In this document: piece after piece, positions 20,208 to 28,920 of the stretch
Position numbering within the stretch: the stretch's first letter is position 1
Layout of the letters: each line of letters starts with the position of its first letter
IMG/VR virus record: IMGVR_UViG_3300028552_000008
DNA length: 64,000 bases
Origin: an uncultured virus (IMG/VR IMGVR_UViG_3300028552_000008)
Taxonomy: Duplodnaviria; Heunggongvirae; Uroviricota; Caudoviricetes
Strand: one strand, 5' to 3'
The notes under the pieces: model-generated
Database searches by the model: none
Told to the model about the DNA's origin: nothing
The model's input: the letters and a program-made list of their open reading frames with translations, nothing else
Made by a program: the position numbers and the translations under genes

Positions 20208-21002
20208 ATGCATTTAAATGAACACTTTATTAATGGTTTTATTAAGGCTGCTCTAACTAATCCAGGCAATATTAGTCAACCTAAGCCAGCTCCTAAACCC
20301 AGCTCTCCACCTATTCAATCAGCTCCTTCACCTAACCCAGCTCCACCTCCTCCTTTAGCCAACACTCCTCCACCTCAAGTTCTACCTACTCAACCACCTA
20401 CTAATCTAAATCATGGTATTATGCCACAATATGATGGTTGGAAATTGAGGGGATATGCTAAATCTAATAATGGTGGAACTTATGATTACCAAGATACTGC
20501 TGGTAAGTATCATTTAATGAATCATGAATTAGGTGAAGGTGCTCAAAGTTTGGAGGATTTTAACAACGATAATAGTATATCTAATGAAAAACCAATTGCT
20601 AGACAAGCTATTACTCCAGAAGTAGAGAACCAAGCTTTGCGTTCAGCTTATAGTAATTTAGGGAAACCAGATCTGGATTTGAATAGATCTGCTAACGATA
20701 TATTAGGTGATCCATATACTAGTGTTGGTCTTCCTAGAGTAGATAGCGTTACTAGAGGTGGTAGTCCTGAACCTGATCCTAATGAGTTATATCAAAGACT
20801 GCAACACAATATGACGAATAATAACGGTCTATTCGATCAATTACAAAGTGCTGCTAATGGTCTGCCTGGTAGATTGTGGAATAGTGATCCTGGAATTCAT
20901 GAACAAGGTATGGGTCAACTATTGCAGATGGTTAAACATCTAGCCACTACTAATCCACCTTTAGCTCAAGAATTGTATCAGAAGTACTTTGGGCAAAATT
21001 GA
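20208..21002 (+). CDS. Pro-rich protein with HFINGFIKAA leader
   Basis: 264-aa ORF; shared leader followed by a Pro-rich linker. Confidence 0.75.
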   Translation: MHLNEHFINGFIKAALTNPGNISQPKPAPKPSSPPIQSAPSPNPAPPPPLANTPPPQVLPTQPPTNLNHGIMPQYDGWKLRGYAKSNNGGTYDYQDTAGKYHLMNHELGEGAQSLEDFNNDNSISNEKPIARQAITPEVENQALRSAYSNLGKPDLDLNRSANDILGDPYTSVGLPRVDSVTRGGSPEPDPNELYQRLQHNMTNNNGLFDQLQSAANGLPGRLWNSDPGIHEQGMGQLLQMVKHLATTNPPLAQELYQKYFGQN

Positions 21003-21007
21003 TAGTT

Positions 21008-21047
21008 AAAAAAGAGGTTGAGTTTGCACTCTCAACCTGTTGTTTTA
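21008..21047. terminator. Probable bidirectional intrinsic terminator
   Basis: aggttgag/ctcaacct hairpin flanked by A and T runs between convergent genes. Confidence 0.65.
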
Positions 21048-21049
21048 AC

Positions 21050-21490
21050 TTATACTCCTAATACTTTAAAGGTACTAGTAAGGTCAGCTTGGAGACGCTT
21101 CTTTTCTGAGGCCCTACAGAACCAACCAACGCCTCTGCTTGTTGGTAAAAAGTTGTATTTAAACAACATTTTCTTATCTGCCGCTGCCTCATTAAATTCC
21201 TGCTCAGAACAAGGAACATAACCATCGCCGGTTTCATCAGGTTTTGAAAACACCCATATATCATAGGTTTCCTGTGTATCAGGATGATTAGTATTTGCAG
21301 CATCAGAAGCCCCAAAAGGAGCTTTGGTTATTTCAAATGGTCCTTTTGTTGGCAAGCCTGGTGCCAAAATCCATATCTCACCGGATCCATCGCTTGCCGG
21401 CAGTTGAGGCCAACAACGCTCACAAGAAGCCACTATTACGGTGCAGCCCCTTCCCTCAAATATTTCTTTTATTTCCTGCCTCGTTCTCAT
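21050..21490 (-). CDS. Hypothetical protein (early-type island)
   Basis: 146-aa ATG ORF co-oriented with the island. Confidence 0.65.
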   Translation of the reverse strand: MRTRQEIKEIFEGRGCTVIVASCERCWPQLPASDGSGEIWILAPGLPTKGPFEITKAPFGASDAANTNHPDTQETYDIWVFSKPDETGDGYVPCSEQEFNEAAADKKMLFKYNFLPTSRGVGWFCRASEKKRLQADLTSTFKVLGV

Positions 21491-21576
21491 ATTTTTTGTC
21501 TTTCATCCTTTTGCTTAGTTTGTTATGCTGGGATTGTATTGTTAAAAAAGAGGGATGATTAATCCCTCATGAAATA

Positions 21577-21978
21577 CTAAATCCGCCCTACAAACACCCA
21601 CTGCTTGTGTTCGAAAGTAGGTTTCCCACCTTCCACCGTCCGTTGCACATTCCATGCAGAGTAGCATGGAATTGCCGTCCCACCTCCAGTTACATATCTT
21701 GCAGTTTCATTAACCAAATGGGACTGCACCGGTGCTGCAAAGACACCAAACACCGCCGAGAATATATTCTCGGAGGGAGGACAGTCAGGAGGACAGTCAG
21801 GAAGCTCCGCGTACTGCAAGTACGCCACCACCCCCAATAAATCGTCATCAGTCTGGATTGACATGGAGGCATACTTTGTTGCCTCCTCCAATATCACCAG
21901 TTCGAACCCCATCCCCACCGCCTCAGCGGTTTGGACAGGGGTTGGGGTATGCCGTGAAAACCACAATGCTTTTTTCAT
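21577..21978 (-). CDS. Hypothetical phage protein
   Basis: Likely start MKKALWFSRH; internal 12-nt duplication giving PDCPPDCPP. Confidence 0.65.
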   Translation of the reverse strand: MKKALWFSRHTPTPVQTAEAVGMGFELVILEEATKYASMSIQTDDDLLGVVAYLQYAELPDCPPDCPPSENIFSAVFGVFAAPVQSHLVNETARYVTGGGTAIPCYSAWNVQRTVEGGKPTFEHKQWVFVGRI

Positions 21979-22025
21979 ATTTATTAATTGTTGATTGTTC
22001 TTATAACAAAGGCTAATATCCTTGT

Positions 22026-22073
22026 TCATTATGTTATACCACAATTACTTGAAATCATGGTAGAGGGGTGGGG
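22026..22073 (-). promoter_or_regulatory. Phage C-box promoter copy
   Basis: CCCCACCCCTC-N22-GGTATAACA-TAA-TGA. Confidence 0.7.
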
Positions 22074-22087
22074 TAGGTAAGTGAATT

Positions 22088-22520
22088 TCATTTCATCTTA
22101 ATGAGAAGCCCAGTCCTGGCGAATTCTGTCAACTCTTTGTCAGTAAATTGGGCTAACACTGATTGTCTTGGTTCAACAATCAAGTTACCAGTCATGTCCC
22201 AGATGTAACTGTCTCTTATTAATACTGAATCTATAGTTAGACATATACTAACCAAGGAATCATCTACCCATAACGTCCGTGAATACCCACCATGGTTAAC
22301 TCCATTAGTGAGTACGTTCGCGTTATACACTATACCGTCAACTAGCTGAAAAGCTAGGTCCTTAGGTTTAGTTCTGAATATTTTGACTCCGGCCTGCTCG
22401 ACCCCCGGCAAACCGTTGCAAGTCGAGCTCCTGTCCGCTCGTAATGATTACCAGCACGTCCTGAATAAGTTTTCGGTCCCCGAAACCAACATAATGTATA
22501 GCATGGATTGCTTTATTCAT
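22088..22520 (-). pseudogene. Frameshifted hypothetical gene
   Basis: MNKAIHAIHYVG...LDLQR (ATG 22520) joins the LPGVEQAG... frame if one T is removed at cggtttgccg. Confidence 0.5.
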
Positions 22521-22579
22521 ATCTTAATTCCTTTTTATTATAGTTAGTAGCATGCACTCTACTAACTTTTATTGATTAT

Positions 22580-22864
22580 TTAAAGCTCAGTGAAAACCCG
22601 GTATCCAGCATCTTTCAAAGGCTGGACTAATAGTTGACCTACTTTTTTATCACCAATGCCTGGCAACTTTTTCATCGCCTTGACATTAACCACTACCGAG
22701 ACAACCGCTTCTTCATTTTCAGGATTGTCCAAGTCATTATGCCACAGGACTTTGGTGAACTGCAAATTTTTCCCTGCAATCTTGTTAATTTCAAGAATGC
22801 AGGTTTGGACTAACTCAAAGTCTACTTCCATATTTTTCCTTTCTTGTTTAAGGTTGACTAGCAA
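22580..22864 (-). CDS. Hypothetical protein
   Basis: ORF in co-oriented run; start may be MEVDF. Confidence 0.6.
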   Translation of the reverse strand: MLVNLKQERKNMEVDFELVQTCILEINKIAGKNLQFTKVLWHNDLDNPENEEAVVSVVVNVKAMKKLPGIGDKKVGQLLVQPLKDAGYRVFTEL

Positions 22865-23222
22865 GATAATTATCTACAAACAGTTTTGCGCGTTCGATTG
22901 TAACTGGAACACTACAACCATTATCGGTAACCTCATATTTAAGTTCACCAGACTCCAGGGCTATCATAACTTCTATCAGAAATTTTGCCAGTTCTAATTT
23001 TTGGTCTTTGTAAAGACGGAGACGGAGAGGAAGAGGATCACCAGCTTTCCGTCTAGTAGTAGGCAATTCAATAACATACTCAGTAGTAATAGGCAACTCT
23101 TGGTTTATTGACAATTCCTTTTTTTGCCTTGCAAGTTCTTCCTGTGCCTCTTCAACAGAGAGGGTTATTACTGTTTTGTATTTCATAGTGGTTCTTGAAA
23201 TGAGCAGGAAATTACAAGACAC
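22848..23222 (-). CDS. Hypothetical protein
   Basis: ORF in co-oriented run; start may be MKYKT. Confidence 0.6.
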   Translation of the reverse strand: MSCNFLLISRTTMKYKTVITLSVEEAQEELARQKKELSINQELPITTEYVIELPTTRRKAGDPLPLRLRLYKDQKLELAKFLIEVMIALESGELKYEVTDNGCSVPVTIERAKLFVDNYLASQP

Positions 23223-23307
23223 CAGAGCAAGTACCTTTTGAATTTGGACTTGCCCCGGAAATCTTGGAGGGAAAATCCTGCTGCCCTCATAGTTTTAATT
23301 GTAGTGT

Positions 23308-23625
23308 TCATGATTGTAATAGCGTTGTTTCTCCAAGAGTCAATATTGTATCATCATTCATAAAGACTAGTTCTTCTGATGATTTAATGAAGCCTAATAC
23401 TATCAAGGCTTGGATTGCTTGGAACAAATTACCAGAGTGACTAATATCTTTTGAACGCACCCCGTTGTTGAGAGCAGAATTTATCAAGTCTCTCACTGTG
23501 ATTTGGGTAGGAGAGGTTTTAACAACTCCTACCAGCCAGTTAATTGTTTCTTGAGTAGTTTTCATATTATTCTTTTTCCAACCATAGAACTGTACCTCGT
23601 TCAAATAAAGGTACCATTCCTTCAA
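23308..23625 (-). CDS. Hypothetical protein
   Basis: ORF in co-oriented run; likely start MKTTQ. Confidence 0.55.
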   Translation of the reverse strand: MKEWYLYLNEVQFYGWKKNNMKTTQETINWLVGVVKTSPTQITVRDLINSALNNGVRSKDISHSGNLFQAIQALIVLGFIKSSEELVFMNDDTILTLGETTLLQS

Positions 23626-23836
23626 CTAGTTGAGGAGTAGAACCACCTCCTAAACAAGAAGTATGGACTGCCGGATCGAACTCGGCTTCCCATCCATCCT
23701 TCGATACATCAACAAAAACACTGTTAGCTGGATGGCGTTTCATTACATATTCTTGATTAGCCGGATTATCCAAGAATGCTCCATTAACTACGAATCGTTG
23801 GCATTCACAACAAACTGCATTTGCAAAATTTTTCAT
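23567..23836 (-). CDS. Hypothetical protein
   Basis: ATG lies within the repeated intergenic element. Confidence 0.65.
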   Translation of the reverse strand: MKNFANAVCCECQRFVVNGAFLDNPANQEYVMKRHPANSVFVDVSKDGWEAEFDPAVHTSCLGGGSTPQLVEGMVPLFERGTVLWLEKE

Positions 23837-23892
23837 ATTTTATCATTTTATTAAAGAGGGTGGACTCATTTAGAATCCACCCTCCTAGTTTA
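23829..23892. repeat. Intergenic direct repeat, copy 1 (hairpin plus translation start)
   Basis: tttttcatattttatcattttattaaagagggtggactcatttagaatccacc, matches 24531-24595. Confidence 0.9.
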
Positions 23893-23899
23893 ATTGTAG

Positions 23900-24538
23900 T
23901 TATTGATCTTGATAGACCAAGATCCCTTCTAGAGTATCAACCACTCCAGATTTAGAACTGCTACCACGACCAAACAGGTAGCCCACTATGCCTGGCCTAT
24001 AATGCCCATGGTGGCTGGTACATATATGTGCACCTACTAGCAGCACTTGATGGCGGTATGTACCACCGACATCCCATCGGATAAACTCTGTTTTCAGTTT
24101 GCGAACTTCTGTGAAGTCCTGATTATTAGCCCATAGATATAGGGCCACCTCTTTTGCTAGGCCTATCCAATGACCTAGCCTTGCTATTTCGAGGTAACAA
24201 AGGTGCTTGGCTGTTTCATCAGCCATATACTGCTTTAAAGCAGCAATATATCCGGCTCGGTACGATTCCGATGTGTCCCTGAATTCGGCATTAATGCCGG
24301 TAGATATGAACTTTCTACCATCCCACCGGCTGAATGGGGTGTAAACCAACTCGTCCGGATAGTTTTCCGGAATTTCTTTTATCCAATAAGATTGGCATTC
24401 CGCCGTCCCTGCCAGATACCCATGTTCCCAGTCTTGCTGGGATTTAGTCATGGATTCTGCCCATTTTTGGGCAACCTCTTTTATTCCATTTTCCTTTGCA
24501 GCCATCAAAGCTGCAATTAATCTTCTATGTTTTTTCAT
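23900..24538 (-). CDS. Hypothetical protein
   Basis: 212-aa ORF starting in repeat copy 2. Confidence 0.7.
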   Translation of the reverse strand: MKKHRRLIAALMAAKENGIKEVAQKWAESMTKSQQDWEHGYLAGTAECQSYWIKEIPENYPDELVYTPFSRWDGRKFISTGINAEFRDTSESYRAGYIAALKQYMADETAKHLCYLEIARLGHWIGLAKEVALYLWANNQDFTEVRKLKTEFIRWDVGGTYRHQVLLVGAHICTSHHGHYRPGIVGYLFGRGSSSKSGVVDTLEGILVYQDQ

Positions 24539-24595
24539 ATTTTATCATTTTATTAAAGAGGGTGGACTCATTTAGAATCCACCACTCCTAGTTTA
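24531..24595. repeat. Intergenic direct repeat, copy 2
   Basis: Near-identical to 23829-23892. Confidence 0.9.
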
Positions 24596-24922
24596 AATTT
24601 GAGACCAGTGAACGGGCTGAGACTCTACCGGAACATTAACATAAGCTGGTAGATCGCCAGCAGTTGCCGTCATATCATCAGAGTAGTGCTTCTCGATATG
24701 CACACCACCCTGGTAATGCCCTACTACGATCACAGTGAAGTGACCGTTGATCGTCTTGCCACAAAAAGTAATGCTTTCCAACTTCAGAATCTTGTGAGGA
24801 TTAGCACTACTATTCTGCTGCCCTAAGTTCACTGCAATATCAGTATGCAGTGGAATTTTCCCCGGATCTGTCCGCCTCTTAAAGAGACGGTTCGCCCTAT
24901 TATAGTTATCTAATGATGCCAT
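24593..24922 (-). CDS. Hypothetical protein
   Basis: 109-aa ORF, tightly packed. Confidence 0.65.
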   Translation of the reverse strand: MASLDNYNRANRLFKRRTDPGKIPLHTDIAVNLGQQNSSANPHKILKLESITFCGKTINGHFTVIVVGHYQGGVHIEKHYSDDMTATAGDLPAYVNVPVESQPVHWSQI

Positions 24923-24923
24923 A

Positions 24924-25310
24924 TCAATATTGTTTTTTGGTTATTACTAGATACGGAATGTACCCAGCTTTCGTTGGTTGGTCTAGTTTGAGAGCTTTGA
25001 CTAGCTCTATTTTAACTACATGACCGTGCTGCACTAATGCAACCGGTCTATTGAATCCTTGTAGTTGCTCCAAACTATCATCTAGCTGGAACAGGTGATA
25101 TGTGAATACAAAGCCTGGAAACCGAAGTCTCAAGGCTCCTAACGGGTTAAGTCCGAAGGCATAGCACATCGGAACGAATTCCTGAATTAACTCCTGGTAA
25201 TCAGGATGATGTAATAGTAGGGTATGATCTCCATGTACCCCTATATTTTCCAATTCAGTGAAGAGGGTTTTTAAAACCTCTCCTACTAGTCGGTTAGTTT
25301 TTGTTTTCAT
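24924..25310 (-). CDS. Hypothetical protein
   Basis: 128-aa ORF, tightly packed. Confidence 0.65.
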   Translation of the reverse strand: MKTKTNRLVGEVLKTLFTELENIGVHGDHTLLLHHPDYQELIQEFVPMCYAFGLNPLGALRLRFPGFVFTYHLFQLDDSLEQLQGFNRPVALVQHGHVVKIELVKALKLDQPTKAGYIPYLVITKKQY

Positions 25311-25380
25311 TTAGATTAACTACAGCTTCTTATGGGAGCTAGTCCAGGTTGTGTTATTATAGTCAACCAACTATATTATT

Positions 25381-26223
25381 TTACCCTTCCCGAACAAACC
25401 TGATCTTATCTGCACATGGCCCCTTCTTATTAGTGGAATATACGAAAGAGACGGTATCTCCTTCATATAGTTTCCCGCTATCGATGGGAAATGTTACATC
25501 TTCCCAGTTAGTGACGTGCCAGTATAGCCGTTGTGCCCCAGGGATATTGGGAAGAATAAATCCATACCCATTAGTGAAGATGGAGATGACAGTACCCTCC
25601 ACCCTTTCATTAGATGAGGTCAGTTCCTTCAACCCAATGTACCGAATCTGCCCACCAACTGAAGAAACGGTTTTCATCTCGAACTCAGGTAACATTTCAA
25701 TGATTTCGGAGAGCGATGTAACTCCGAACTCAGTGTAGTCTATCTCTGGGTTGAGCTTTTTCAAAGTCTCCCCTACAGATGCTAAGTTCGCACTCGGCCC
25801 ACCCAACTGCCTTATCGTAGCTAAATAGGCAGCCTTGATTTGCTGCTTCACTACATCTGATATTGGTGGGAATGCCTCCGGCTTGATCTCCTTCACTACC
25901 AAAGTAGCAATGGAGTTGGTTTCGCCACTAACCGGATCACGCTTTACCACATTAAGCTGAATTTTCCCAGCCTGCAGTTTCCGGAGCATGAATCCGGCAT
26001 ACTTCCCACCCGCCAATGTAATGTCAATAACCAGATCGATTACCTCCTGTTCGACCTTGACCGACTTCATCTCTGGTTGAATATTAGTGAGTTTAGTGAG
26101 TTTAACAACTTCCTCAACCTCAAGTTCTGTTAAGGAGCAGGAGGTTGAGTTGAGCCGAGGGACATACTTGAGAATCTCCTTACTAGAGATTCCCAACTTC
26201 TTAGCTAATTCGTGAACGCGCAT
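25381..26223 (-). CDS. Putative RNA-binding protein: IF2-N-like HTH, OST-HTH/LOTUS and cold-shock domains
   Basis: MRVHELAKKLGISSKEIL; LASVGETLKKLNPEIDYTEFGVTSLSEII; GTV....NGYGFI...LYWH...EGDTVSF....KGPCA. Confidence 0.75.
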   Translation of the reverse strand: MRVHELAKKLGISSKEILKYVPRLNSTSCSLTELEVEEVVKLTKLTNIQPEMKSVKVEQEVIDLVIDITLAGGKYAGFMLRKLQAGKIQLNVVKRDPVSGETNSIATLVVKEIKPEAFPPISDVVKQQIKAAYLATIRQLGGPSANLASVGETLKKLNPEIDYTEFGVTSLSEIIEMLPEFEMKTVSSVGGQIRYIGLKELTSSNERVEGTVISIFTNGYGFILPNIPGAQRLYWHVTNWEDVTFPIDSGKLYEGDTVSFVYSTNKKGPCADKIRFVREG

Positions 26224-26390
26224 ATGTTTTTAGTTTGAAGGAGGAACAAGGAATTTATCTTGTCCCTATTATTGATTGTGAGTTTTACAGGAGTTCTAAC
26301 AACCCCCTCCTGCCTTATCTTTATTGCTGGAACAAAAGCCAGCAATTGAATTTTTGCGATTTTGATTTTCATTAAGTTAACAAACTCTGT

Positions 26391-26523
26391 TCAATATATT
26401 ATACCTGATTATGGTAAATATAGATGGTGGGGGGAGGGGTCGTTATTCATATGTATCGTGTAATATAGTACCCGACCCCTCCCCTCCTAATTATTTTGCC
26501 TAAATAAAGGTATAATAGTCTGA
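26391..26523. promoter_or_regulatory. Divergent pair of C-box promoters
   Basis: Minus: CCCCTCCCCCC-N23-GGTATAATA-TAT-TGA; plus: CCCCTCCCCTC-N22-GGTATAATA-GTC-TGA. Confidence 0.75.
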
Positions 26524-26588
26524 TAGAGCGTCTTTAAATATTTAGAGATGTTCTCAGTAAACCGCAACAAACGTTACTACAAAACATT

Positions 26589-26702
26589 ATGAAGATCACT
26601 GTTATCTGTTTATCCGTGGCCTGTGTCGTTTTACTGGGCTGGGCCATTGTCAAGACCACCCCCTCTGGGAGCAGAGCCCCGGCCCCTACTGCCCAGAAGT
26701 AA
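26589..26702 (+). CDS. 37-aa membrane or secreted peptide
   Basis: MKITVICLSVACVVLLGWAIVKTTPSGSRAPAPTAQK; first ORF after the plus-strand promoter. Confidence 0.55.
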   Translation: MKITVICLSVACVVLLGWAIVKTTPSGSRAPAPTAQK

Positions 26703-26891
26703 GTACAAGTTTCAACCCTGGCGCGCCCAGCAGTAAGCCAACGGTTGCGGTAGGAGGGGGCTGGAGAAGAGTAGTCTTCAGCCCCTATCCTTCCAGTTAC
26801 ATTCAGTAGTAAGTAAACTACCTAGATACTCATAGGTAGTTTACTTACTATTTTGTCATCTAATTTTTTTTGCTAGCGAACAACAAACAAC

Positions 26892-27164
26892 ATGAACATT
26901 TCTTTACTACGAGCACAATATGATAACGCAGGGTCAAGGTCATGGTCAGGGACAAGGTCAGGGTCAAGGTCAGGGTCAGAGTCAGTGTCAAGGTCAAGGG
27001 CAGGGTCAGGGTCAAGGTCAGGGTCATGGTCAGTGTCAAGGTCAGGGTCAAGGTCATGGTCAAGGTCAGGGTCAAGGTCATGGTCAGAGTCAAGGTCAAG
27101 GTCAAGGTCAAGGTCAGGGTCAAGGTCAAGGTCAAGGTCAGGGTCAAGGTCAGGGACATGGTAA
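26892..27164 (+). CDS. Ser/Arg/Gly repeat protein, copy 1
   Basis: MNISLLRAQYDNAG followed by SR/SG/SW dipeptides from hexamer repeats; CAA-rich leader. Confidence 0.55.
   Translation: MNISLLRAQYDNAGSRSWSGTRSGSRSGSESVSRSRAGSGSRSGSWSVSRSGSRSWSRSGSRSWSESRSRSRSRSGSRSRSRSGSRSGTW
26929..27162 (+). repeat. GGTCA(A/G/T) hexamer tandem array 1
   Basis: Seen directly in the sequence. Confidence 0.95.
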
Positions 27165-27239
27165 AAATAATAAAGTTCTGATCAACTCTACCAACGAACA
27201 ACAAACAACAAACAACAAACAACAAACAACAACAAAAAT

Positions 27240-27602
27240 ATGATTAACATTAATGAACTAACTATTGGGGAAGTCAAGGAACTGGCAAAAATTGCTCAGT
27301 CGTTAAACCTCTGTTCCAAACCTGCTCCTGAAAATAACTCCCATCCGTACCAAGTCGGTGATAAATATTTCGTACGGACCGTTACCCATCACTATACCGG
27401 CCAGTTAGAGCAGGTATCGGAACATGAGTTGGTCCTCTCCCAGGCCGCATGGGTTGCAGATGATGGTAAGTTTTCAGCAGCGGTCAGTTCTGGTAATTTC
27501 AATGAAGTTGAGATGTACCCGGCTTGCCAGAAAGTGATTATTGGTAGGGCTGCGATTTTGGATGCAGTAATGATTCCGGTGTTACCTACCCAGACCAAGT
27601 AA
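27240..27602 (+). CDS. Conserved phage hypothetical protein (small beta-barrel-like)
   Basis: YFVRTVTHHYTGQL...LVLSQAAWVADDG.F pattern, a type I recall beside Gly/Ser-repeat ORFs in phages. Confidence 0.75.
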   Translation: MININELTIGEVKELAKIAQSLNLCSKPAPENNSHPYQVGDKYFVRTVTHHYTGQLEQVSEHELVLSQAAWVADDGKFSAAVSSGNFNEVEMYPACQKVIIGRAAILDAVMIPVLPTQTK

Positions 27603-27723
27603 GTGAAGTTAATAGGAGGGGTTGGAGAAGAATAGTCTTCAGCCTCTCCTAATTATATTTAGTAAGCAGTTTACTTACTATTTTGTCATCTAATTTTTTT
27701 GCCAGCTAACAATAACAAACAAC

Positions 27724-28062
27724 ATGAACATTTCTTTACTACGAGCACAATATGATAACGCAGGGTCAAGGTCATGGTCAGGGACAAGGTCAAGGTTAGG
27801 GTCAGGGTCAGGGTCAGGGTCAGGGTCAGGGTCAAGGTTAGGGTCAGGGTCAGGGTCAGGGTCAGGGTCAGGGTCAGGGTCAAGGTCATGGTCAAGGTCA
27901 GGGTCAGAGTCAGTGTCAAGGTCAAGGTCAGGGTCAAGGTCAAGGTCATGGTCAGGGTCAAGGTCATGGTCAGGGACAAGGTCATGGTCAGGGTCAGGGT
28001 CAGGGTCATCGTCATCGTCATGGTCAGGGTCAGGGTCAGGGTCAAGGGCAGGGTCATCGTAA
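27724..28062 (+). CDS. Ser/Gly/Arg repeat protein, copy 2
   Basis: Same N-terminus as the 26892 ORF. Confidence 0.55.
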   Translation: MNISLLRAQYDNAGSRSWSGTRSRLGSGSGSGSGSGSRLGSGSGSGSGSGSGSRSWSRSGSESVSRSRSGSRSRSWSGSRSWSGTRSWSGSGSGSSSSSWSGSGSGSRAGSS

Positions 28063-28083
28063 TGGTCAGGGTCAAGGGCAGGT
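27761..28083 (+). repeat. GGTCA(A/G/T) hexamer tandem array 2, with (TCAGGG)n runs
   Basis: Seen directly in the sequence. Confidence 0.95.
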
Positions 28084-28104
28084 GCTATTAAGTAAGCAAT
28101 TTGA

Positions 28105-28142
28105 ATTGGTAGAATAGTTCAACTCTGGCTATTCTACCAATT
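28105..28142. terminator. Long inverted repeat closing the early-type island
   Basis: aattggtagaatag...ctattctaccaatt. Confidence 0.6.
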
Positions 28143-28313
28143 CCTTAAAAATAAATAATTTAACTTATTTTTAACTATAAGTAACTGTTTTACCTTATAT
28201 ACCACATTTACCCTCCTATCCACCTCCCTCCACCCCTCTCTGCATCCCCTAACCCTCACCTTTACCCTATAAACATTACTCATTATATCAAACTGTAGTA
28301 TTATTTTATCTAT

Positions 28314-28661
28314 ATGAAACATACAACTCGAATTACAATAAACCACCACTCCCTACCTCCAGAATACAAACTAACCCTGATAAATAAACTAACCCTCCTA
28401 TACCCCCTCTCTTCAACTACTCACTATTATTTAATCGTTCTTATACATGCCTTAACTAGCGCTACCACTAATATTACCTATTATGAGATTGGTAGATTCT
28501 TTTATAAACTATTTAAATGTATTAAGAATAATAAAGTTGAAGATAGAGTATATATTAATGCTAACCAATACTTAACCGAAACTGACATGCAAATCCTCTC
28601 CAACCTGATTGAATTCCATGACCTTACTACCGAACAAAATCAAGCTAATATCCAAAACTGA
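28314..28661 (+). CDS. Hypothetical protein, putative paralogue 1
   Basis: KLTLINKL...LTETDMQILSNLI. Confidence 0.6.
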   Translation: MKHTTRITINHHSLPPEYKLTLINKLTLLYPLSSTTHYYLIVLIHALTSATTNITYYEIGRFFYKLFKCIKNNKVEDRVYINANQYLTETDMQILSNLIEFHDLTTEQNQANIQN

Positions 28662-28920
28662 TAGACTAGACCTTATTTATAGTTTAACTAATATATTCTT
28701 TGATACCATTCTAGTTAATACTGGTAGAAGTAATAAAGATAAAGTATCACTATTAACCGTAGTACATGCATTATCTTTTCCTAGCTCAGACTGGTATCCG
28801 ATAACAGGATATTATAAAAAGCTCCTAACTTACATTAAAGAAGATGAACTAGAGGCTGATCCTAATATCAATATATATTTTACTAAGAAACATATAAAAC
28901 TACTGAAATCAATTATATGA
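28609..28920 (+). CDS. Hypothetical protein, putative paralogue 2
   Basis: RLDLIYSL...FTKKHIKLLKSII. Confidence 0.6.
   Translation: MNSMTLLPNKIKLISKTDRLDLIYSLTNIFFDTILVNTGRSNKDKVSLLTVVHALSFPSSDWYPITGYYKKLLTYIKEDELEADPNINIYFTKKHIKLLKSII

Noticed and set aside
20520..20540. HExxH metalloprotease motif in ORF 20208
   Set aside because: The sequence is HELGE, lacking the second His
26860..28075. Minus-strand poly-(Thr-Leu) ORFs and the GQ/VR frames as separate genes
   Set aside because: They are automatic products of a stop-free hexamer repeat; only the MNISLL frame has a duplicated unique head and leader
26929..28083. CRISPR array
   Set aside because: Repeats are contiguous hexamers without unique spacers, and no cas genes are visible
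26750..28090. Diversity-generating retroelement template/variable repeat pair
   Set aside because: Differences between copies are not adenine-specific, and there is no reverse transcriptase in the window
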